From a virus, in IMG/VR virus record IMGVR_UViG_3300026116_000015: DNA of 46,622 nucleotides; one strand, 5' to 3'. A program made the translations under genes and the position numbers. The notes beneath the pieces are model-generated. The model saw nothing but the letters and a program-made list of their open reading frames with translations. It did no database searches and was not told the origin of the DNA. Positions 41,366 through 46,622 of this stretch are shown here, in pieces; position 1 is the first letter of the stretch; each line of letters starts with the position of its first letter.

Positions 41366-42384
41366 AACTCCCCGATCGCACCTTCACCACCGTCCATGCC
41401 GAGCCGGGGCCGCGCCCACTGTGGGTCGGACTGTTCGGGCCATCGGGGGGCGGCAAGACGTTCTCCGCGCTTCTCCTGGCGAAGGGAATCCAGTCCGTCG
41501 TCGACGGGCGCATCAACTTCATCGACACGGAATCCGGCCGCGGGCTCCACTACGCGGATCTCTTTGACTACGACTACACACCGCTTCCACCGCCTCATGG
41601 CTCGCTCGACTACCTCGCCGCCATCACGCATGCCGTCAAGGGCAAAGGCGCGCGTATCGTCATCGTGGATAGCCTGAGCCACGAACACGACGGCGAAGGC
41701 GGAATGATCGAATTCCAAGAAACCGAAATGCGGCGCCTCGGCGGTGACGACTGGCAGAAGCAAGAGCGGGTGAAGATGCTCGCGTGGACGAAACCGAAGG
41801 CCGCACGCAAGCAACTCCTCCGCGGCATGCTGGCCTTCGGAACCGAGGCGGTCTTTATCCTCTGTTTCCGCGCCGACGAGCAGTCCAAGCCGGTGAAGAA
41901 GGGCGACAAAACGGAAGTCATTCAGATGGGCTTCATGCCGATTGCTGGCAAGCCGTTCGTGTACGAGGCTACGGTGTGCGCTCTGCTGATGCCGGGGGCG
42001 AACGGTGTGCCGACGTGGAATCCGGAGAACGTCGGCGAGAAGCTAATGCGCAAGCTCCCCGAGCAGTTCAAAAAGATGTTTTCCGCAACGGAGGGGAAGC
42101 CGCTCAGCGAAGAGCATGGCCGTCTGATGGCCGAATGGGCTAAGGGTGGATCGGCAGGCAAGCCGCCGCGCCAGTCGCCGCCGCCGCCAACGGACAAGAC
42201 GCTCGTGGAGCGCGTTGACGTGGCGGTCGGTCGCATCAGCACCAAGGCGACCGCCGAGAAGGTCAATCAGGCGTACGACGCATGCAGCCAGCTCATCACC
42301 GAACTGGTGAGCGCCGAACAGGGCGCGCTGCTCGACAAGCTGGTTGGGGCGCGGGATGACAGGCTGCGGGAGTTGGCGAAATGA
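41362..42384 (+). CDS. AAA_24 / Sak4-like recombination ATPase
   Basis: Walker A GPSGGGKT and Walker B-like IVIVDSLSHE. Sits next to the exonuclease and RusA. Confidence 0.75.
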   Translation: MKLPDRTFTTVHAEPGPRPLWVGLFGPSGGGKTFSALLLAKGIQSVVDGRINFIDTESGRGLHYADLFDYDYTPLPPPHGSLDYLAAITHAVKGKGARIVIVDSLSHEHDGEGGMIEFQETEMRRLGGDDWQKQERVKMLAWTKPKAARKQLLRGMLAFGTEAVFILCFRADEQSKPVKKGDKTEVIQMGFMPIAGKPFVYEATVCALLMPGANGVPTWNPENVGEKLMRKLPEQFKKMFSATEGKPLSEEHGRLMAEWAKGGSAGKPPRQSPPPPTDKTLVERVDVAVGRISTKATAEKVNQAYDACSQLITELVSAEQGALLDKLVGARDDRLRELAK

Positions 42385-42653
42385 TCAACTACCAGTTCGG
42401 TGATTACGTGCAGTTATCTGAAAGAGTCGCCGCAAAGCGTCCGCCCGGTGCGCACGTCGGAATCTTCATCGGGCGTCAACGAAAGTATCCTGATATGGTC
42501 GTCGTGGCGTTCCCCGACACCGCCACGCCCGCTATCTACAACGAGGACGCGATCCTTCCGGCGCCACGTGCGGGCAAATGCCGGAACTTCTCGCGGTGCG
42601 GGCGACTCACCACCAATACCAGCGAGAGCGCGTGGTGCGAGAACTGCCGATGA
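42381..42653 (+). CDS. Hypothetical protein with a C-terminal Cys cluster (90 aa)
   Basis: ATGA-coupled. Contains CRNFSRCG...CENC. Confidence 0.6.
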   Translation: MINYQFGDYVQLSERVAAKRPPGAHVGIFIGRQRKYPDMVVVAFPDTATPAIYNEDAILPAPRAGKCRNFSRCGRLTTNTSESAWCENCR

Positions 42654-43378
42654 CCTTCTTCTGCATCCTGCACTCCGCGATCCCCTTCGCGACGGACTTC
42701 CCGACGATCGTCGACCAGTGTGGCGACGAGAAGGGCGTCAAGGCGATGCTGGCCCGCGCCACGAATGCGCACCCTCACGGCGAACTGGAAGTGACCGAGA
42801 CGCTGTTCAAGGCGTCCGTGGCCATGCCGAAGATCCCGCCCGAGCTCGCGCGCGCCGTCGAGCGGTGGAACGCGATGGCTGACCGTGTGCGGCCGAAACT
42901 GCCCAAAGTTCGGGCGATCGGCAACTTCGTCAGCCCGTACCGCACGTGGAAGCGCAAGAACGACGGTCGCACGTATCTCCTGGAGAGCGTCGTAGAGGCC
43001 GCGGAACGGGTCGCGACCGCTGACCCCTTCTGGCATTTCGTGCGCTTCTCGTGGCTCCTGGGCTCCAAACAGGGCATGCTCAACTCGGACAAGGTGCTTG
43101 AGGCTGCCGCGAAGGTCGGCACTTCAAGCGGCCGGACCACCGAGCCCGAGGAAGACGAGGCGACCAGGAAGGCGAAGGTCGTTGCGTTCCATGCGCCAAG
43201 GGTCGCGGAGTTCGTCGCGGAGCATGGCAATCCGGACCGCTCAGTCAGTGTGCGCGCGATCTTCAACGAATGGGCTGGCTCGCACGGTGACGGAGGGGTA
43301 TTCGCGGCAATACGCTGCTCGCCAGCGCACGACTTCTGGGACCAATGGAAAGAACTCGTGGCGGGGGTGAGCGCGTGA
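42650..43378 (+). CDS. Hypothetical protein (242 aa)
   Basis: ATG 42650 in an ATGA overlap. Good coding bias. No motif recognised. Confidence 0.65.
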   Translation: MTFFCILHSAIPFATDFPTIVDQCGDEKGVKAMLARATNAHPHGELEVTETLFKASVAMPKIPPELARAVERWNAMADRVRPKLPKVRAIGNFVSPYRTWKRKNDGRTYLLESVVEAAERVATADPFWHFVRFSWLLGSKQGMLNSDKVLEAAAKVGTSSGRTTEPEEDEATRKAKVVAFHAPRVAEFVAEHGNPDRSVSVRAIFNEWAGSHGDGGVFAAIRCSPAHDFWDQWKELVAGVSA

Positions 43379-43599
43379 GTTACAAAACCACGCTGCATCA
43401 GGAAGAGACGGACACCTCGCCAGCGTGGGCTGCGGCGATGCTCCGTCAGCGGTTGAAGCAAAAAATGGTTGAGGTGCCGGGCGTCGAAGAGTTGCTAGCC
43501 GAAATCAAACGCGCCTCGCAAAGCCGCACAGAGGCGCGTCTTTGGGAAGAACGCGCGGCCAAAATTGCCAAGGGCTTGCTGCCTGGCATGCTTGGATGA
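43375..43599 (+). CDS. Hypothetical protein (74 aa, GTG start)
   Basis: GTGA overlap with the upstream stop. Confidence 0.5.
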   Translation: MSYKTTLHQEETDTSPAWAAAMLRQRLKQKMVEVPGVEELLAEIKRASQSRTEARLWEERAAKIAKGLLPGMLG

Positions 43600-43627
43600 C
43601 CGCGCAAGACGCGTAGATGAGGATCGG

Positions 43628-43885
43628 ATGATGAACGGGCGCATTCTCGAATTTCGTATGAATGTAGACGGCTTGTGTGCGGAGTGCAAAGTGGACGGCT
43701 ACGCGCGCCGAACCGTCGGCGGCGTCTTCCATCGGTGGCGCCCGTCCGCTAACGATTTCTACTTGGCCCAATCGTGCAACCGCGGATCGCTCCTGCCGCG
43801 TCACGGTGCGAAGCTCAAACAGCGCGCGGAGTTGCCCAAGGATGCCGAAGTCTGCCGCTTGTGCGCGGCGAAGGAGGGGATGTGA
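43628..43885 (+). CDS. Small zinc-binding protein (85 aa)
   Basis: GAGGA SD. Contains CAEC ... CRLC. Confidence 0.55.
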   Translation: MMNGRILEFRMNVDGLCAECKVDGYARRTVGGVFHRWRPSANDFYLAQSCNRGSLLPRHGAKLKQRAELPKDAEVCRLCAAKEGM

Positions 43886-44037
43886 CTCGACAGCAGGAGA
43901 TCAAGGAGGGGATCGCGGCCTCAAAATTTGCGAGTGCGAAGCAACCTCTTGCGCGCCGCACAGCATTATCTTCGGGAAGGTGTGCTCGGCCTGCCAAGGC
44001 GGCGACCATCGGGAGGAAGGCGGGACTGGTACGGTGA
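43882..44037 (+). CDS. Ambiguous small ORF; the coding signal appears to switch frame before RusA
   Basis: GTG 43882 in a GTGA overlap. After about 43925 third-position GC is better in the frame that ends at 44069 in an ATGA overlap with rusA. Confidence 0.3.
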   Translation: MTRQQEIKEGIAASKFASAKQPLARRTALSSGRCARPAKAATIGRKAGLVR

Positions 44038-44065
44038 AGCGGCACCGCCAGCAGTTCAACTCACT

Positions 44066-44506
44066 ATGAGGATCGTCGTACGCGGCAATCCCGCCCCGCA
44101 AGGATCGAAGCGCCACGTCGGCCACGGCATCATGATCGAGTCATCGAAGAAGGTGCAGCCGTGGCGCGATGCGGTGACCTACGCAGCGGTGGAAGCGCGT
44201 GACGGTGGGCTCCCGATCGCCGGTGCGGTCCGAGTCCAGATGGTCTTCACCTTCGCCCGCCCGCGCAGCCACTACCGCAGCGGCAGAAACGCCCACCTAA
44301 TCAGCGACGGAGCTCCGACGCGGCCACAGGGCACACCGGACCTGTCGAAGCTGCTGCGGTCCACCGAGGACGCGCTGACCACGGCACGCATTTGGGAGGA
44401 CGATGCGCGCGTAGTTGAGTACGTGCGGGCTGCAAAGGTGTACGTGAACGAAGATCCCGACGCTCTGGACTCGCCGGGCGCGGTGATCATCGTAGAACCC
44501 TTCTGA
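44066..44506 (+). CDS. rusA: RusA-family Holliday junction resolvase
   Basis: GNPAPQGSKR..., PWRDAV, RPRSHY, GTPDLSKLLRSTEDALT..WEDDARV follows the RusA pattern. Confidence 0.85.
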   Translation: MRIVVRGNPAPQGSKRHVGHGIMIESSKKVQPWRDAVTYAAVEARDGGLPIAGAVRVQMVFTFARPRSHYRSGRNAHLISDGAPTRPQGTPDLSKLLRSTEDALTTARIWEDDARVVEYVRAAKVYVNEDPDALDSPGAVIIVEPF

Positions 44507-44516
44507 GGAGGAACGA

Positions 44517-44756
44517 ATGGCGAAGCTGAAGAAGTGGCCGGAATGCTACGCGCGGCCCATAAAGAAATTGTGGTTGGTGCGCACGGTCGGCGAAGGCGAG
44601 GAAGCTGTTGACGTCGGAATCAACGAGGACGGCGAAATCGCTCTCGGATTCCGATACGATGATGATATCTACTACGCGCCGCGCGACGAGATCCGCGAAC
44701 TGATCGACGCGCTGAACGAGGCGCACGCGCTGAGCGTGGCGAGGGAGAAGGTCTGA
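44517..44756 (+). CDS. Hypothetical acidic protein (79 aa)
   Basis: GAGGAGG SD before ATG 44517. Confidence 0.65.
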   Translation: MAKLKKWPECYARPIKKLWLVRTVGEGEEAVDVGINEDGEIALGFRYDDDIYYAPRDEIRELIDALNEAHALSVAREKV

Positions 44757-44878
44757 TGGTGATCGGATACACGGACCACTGCGGGCTTTGTGATGCGCAG
44801 CTCCACGCAGACGACTACATGGAGGCGGACGGCTGCAACCTTTGCCTTCCCTGCTTCAACGGGCGGGAAGCGCAGTGA
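44756..44878 (+). CDS. 40-aa zinc-ribbon mini-protein (below the track cut-off)
   Basis: ATG shares a base with the upstream TGA. MVIGYTDHCGLCDAQ...CNLCLPC. Confidence 0.45.
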   Translation: MVIGYTDHCGLCDAQLHADDYMEADGCNLCLPCFNGREAQ

Positions 44879-44942
44879 GCCACGCTTGCCCAGGTTGCGA
44901 TCAAATCTGTTGTCAAGTGCCTGCGTGGGGGTTTCTTTCGCT

Positions 44943-45113
44943 TCACTTGCGTTGACCCTTCAGGCACTTCTGTTCGTGCAGGTCGAGCAGCGCGCGGATG
45001 ACGGCGGAGCGCGAGATAACCGCGCCGTGTTGCAACCGCATCGTGACGCACCAATGGTCGATCATGGCGAGGTGGCGCTGAAGGATCGAGACGGTTATTT
45101 TCGTGTTCGCCAT
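44943..45113 (-). CDS. Ribbon-helix-helix (CopG/Arc-like) protein (56 aa)
   Basis: KITVSILQRHLAMIDHW...ISRSAVIRALLD is a strand-helix-helix pattern. ATG 45113 lies directly behind a terminator hairpin. Confidence 0.65.
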   Translation of the reverse strand: MANTKITVSILQRHLAMIDHWCVTMRLQHGAVISRSAVIRALLDLHEQKCLKGQRK

Positions 45114-45147
45114 CAATAGAAAGGGCGCCGACTCTCGCCGGCGCCCT
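45114..45147 (-). terminator. Rho-independent terminator between the 195-aa gene and the RHH gene
   Basis: AGGGCGCCG (45122-30) pairs with CGGCGCCCT (45139-47). The minus strand continues TTTCTATTG. Confidence 0.6.
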
Positions 45148-45174
45148 CGCCCCGAACTTTCCCCGCTCGCTATT

Positions 45175-45762
45175 CTACTGCCTCGGCGGCGGATTCGGGT
45201 CGTTGTCGGCGTGGCCGAAATCCACTGCGGCGGGGATGTTGGGCCGCGGCGGCACGAAGGCATCCTTGCCGAACGTCGCGAAGTTCGTCGGCCCGATGTA
45301 GAACTTGCCCTTCTCGTGCGACGGGTCTCCGAAGCTCTCGTAGATTTTCATCCACTCGCCGGTTTTCTCCATCGCGTCGAACAGCACCTCTTTCGCGTCC
45401 CCGATGCTGTCGTAGGGGCCTTGGTTGAAGGTGGGCTGCGCGCCGGGCTCGGGCTCGCCGATGAAGCCTTGCGGGCCGGCGCTGCCGACGCCGGGCGCCG
45501 GACTCATGATCTTGCTCTGCGCCCCTCCCGACCCTCCGTAGTAGCCGGCGCCGTCGTTGGCCACCGCGCGATTCGCCGTCATCAGCGCGTCTTGGACCTG
45601 ACGCATTGCCGCAGTGCGATCGGCGCTCGGAGGGCAGTGCTCGTCGATGGCGAGCCCGAAGTTGATCGCTGCGTTGCGCAGCGCCTCGAACTTGACCTGT
45701 TTCTCGGGGGTCGGCTTCTTGTAACTGAAGATGTCGCGGATGTTCTGTTCGTTCTCGCTCAT
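45175..45762 (-). CDS. Two-domain protein with an N-terminal Acb2/Tad1-hairpin-like motif (candidate cyclic-nucleotide sponge)
   Basis: FSYKKPTPEKQVKFEALRNAAINFGLAIDEHCPPSADRTAAMRQVQDALMTANRAV fits the Y-x-x-P...CPxS.E/R...A...A.mwAN pattern. Followed by a Gly-rich linker and an unrelated C-domain. Confidence 0.45.
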   Translation of the reverse strand: MSENEQNIRDIFSYKKPTPEKQVKFEALRNAAINFGLAIDEHCPPSADRTAAMRQVQDALMTANRAVANDGAGYYGGSGGAQSKIMSPAPGVGSAGPQGFIGEPEPGAQPTFNQGPYDSIGDAKEVLFDAMEKTGEWMKIYESFGDPSHEKGKFYIGPTNFATFGKDAFVPPRPNIPAAVDFGHADNDPNPPPRQ

Positions 45763-46040
45763 GTCGTCTCCTTCCCCGGCGTGTTGTCGAACGCCGTCTC
45801 GTAGTCGGCCATGCCCTGCGCGATGTTGGCGATGGCCTCGCGCGCGGCCTCGACGGTGATCGCCGGACCATCGAATTCGTCCTGCAGCCTGACGCGCGCG
45901 CTCTTCACGAAGGCGATGGCGTCGCCGGCGATTTCAAGTCGCGCTTCGTCGTTGTCGGCGGCGTTAAATTTCCTGATGATCTCTTGCCCGCGACGCGCGA
46001 GCTCGAAGACGGCGGTGAGTGTGGCGACGGTTGCGATCAT
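45759..46040 (-). CDS. Hypothetical helical protein (93 aa)
   Basis: ATG 46040 in an ATGA overlap with the RyR gene stop. ATGA overlap downstream as well. Confidence 0.6.
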   Translation of the reverse strand: MIATVATLTAVFELARRGQEIIRKFNAADNDEARLEIAGDAIAFVKSARVRLQDEFDGPAITVEAAREAIANIAQGMADYETAFDNTPGKETT

Positions 46041-46399
46041 GGCGTTGGCGCCTCCTGGTTGATTTTGATGCACGTTTCGACGACGGCCGCGAGCAGGAAG
46101 TCTTTGGCGCGCTGCTCTGCCGGAAGATCCTCGTACGGCAGGAAGCACGGATGGGTTTTGGCGGAAACATCCTTTACCGCTCCGTAGGTCCATCCGTCCG
46201 CGCGCTTCTCCGCGAGCCACAATTCATGCGACTCACGCGGCGTCCGGGGCTCTTTGATGTGCGCGGCAACACCGTTCATGGCGGATTTTCGCTGCCATTC
46301 AGGAGCGTCCTCCCACGAAGGCCGCGAGGCATCGCCGATCGAAACGCAGTAGGCGCGGTTTACTTCGTGGGCGAGTTTGGCGATCTGCTCGTTTGTCAC
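46037..46399 (-). CDS. RyR (ryanodine-receptor repeat) domain protein
   Basis: HELWLAEKRADGWTYGAVKDVSAKTHPCFLPYEDLPAEQRAKD matches the RyR domain core (H..W...GW.YG....K.HP.L.PY..LP). Confidence 0.8.
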   Translation of the reverse strand: MTNEQIAKLAHEVNRAYCVSIGDASRPSWEDAPEWQRKSAMNGVAAHIKEPRTPRESHELWLAEKRADGWTYGAVKDVSAKTHPCFLPYEDLPAEQRAKDFLLAAVVETCIKINQEAPTP

Positions 46400-46622
46400 T
46401 GAATCACCTCCGAAAGAAGTTCCGCGACGATAACCTTTTGCCGGGCGAGACGGAGTTGCTCGGCCGCATCATCGTACCCGGCCGGCTTGTCTTTGCGGCG
46501 ACCACCGGCAGCAGCCCACGCATTGAGGAACGCGCCGACCTTGCGCGCGGCGACGCGCACGGCACGCTCATCGTCGGTGATTTGCAGGCAGTCATCCTTG
46601 TTGATCGCGCCGCTCTGGCACT
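46396..46622 (-). CDS. Lipoprotein, C-terminal part (continuation of 1..274 across the junction)
   Basis: Same frame as 1..274 after removing the 99-bp duplicate. The TGA at 46398..46396 overlaps the RyR GTG (GTGA). Confidence 0.7.
   Translation of the reverse strand, partial: CQSGAINKDDCLQITDDERAVRVAARKVGAFLNAWAAAGGRRKDKPAGYDDAAEQLRLARQKVIVAELLSEVIQ
46524..46622. repeat. Terminal direct repeat copy 2 (identical to 1..99)
   Basis: Exact 99/99 identity with the window start. Confidence 0.95.

Overview
The window is a complete, GC-rich tailed-phage genome. Bases 1-99 are identical to 46524-46622, so the unit length is 46,523 bp and the sequence closes on itself inside a lipoprotein gene. About 90 tightly packed genes are present, many chained by ATGA, GTGA or TGATG start/stop overlaps.

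Layout:
- Late operon, about 25 kb on the minus strand (26817 down to 1664): small and large terminase, a small HExxH protein, portal, scaffold-like protein, decoration-like protein and major capsid protein. These are followed by adaptor- and nozzle-like tail proteins, four large Pro/Gly-rich internal (ejection-type) proteins, an M15 endolysin with membrane partners, and a terminal secreted beta-propeller/PKD protein. No tape measure or sheath is visible, so the virion looks podovirus-like.
- One secreted-protein gene (14015..14506) sits antisense inside the tail genes.
- A separate tail-fibre cassette (30401 down to 28649) is detached from the late operon.
- Early/accessory minus-strand blocks (36770-31194 and 38859-37069): two RHH/winged-helix regulators, Dam- and Dcm-type methyltransferases, a nucleoside 2-deoxyribosyltransferase-like protein, an RNA ligase, and a Gly-Tyr/Asp/Ser hexanucleotide-repeat protein.
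- Plus-strand recombination block (39053-44878): HNH endonuclease, RecE-like exonuclease, Sak4-like ATPase and RusA.
- Junction-spanning accessory operon: XRE repressor, lipoprotein, RyR-domain protein, an Acb2/Tad1-hairpin-like protein and an RHH protein. It lies opposite a Lar-type anti-restriction gene.

I recognise no integrase, DNA polymerase, primase/helicase, RNA polymerase, complete tRNA, rRNA or CRISPR array.

Most noteworthy:
- a 282-nt ORF-free, hairpin-dense spacer with a tRNA/tmRNA-type T-arm mimic directly upstream of the RNA ligase;
- the candidate anti-defence operon at the junction;
- a 0.8-kb ORF-free spacer holding a C-rich/G-rich inverted repeat with G-quadruplex motifs on both strands;
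- the repeat protein;
- two signal-peptide morons.

All functional calls rest on motifs read by eye. No database search was possible.
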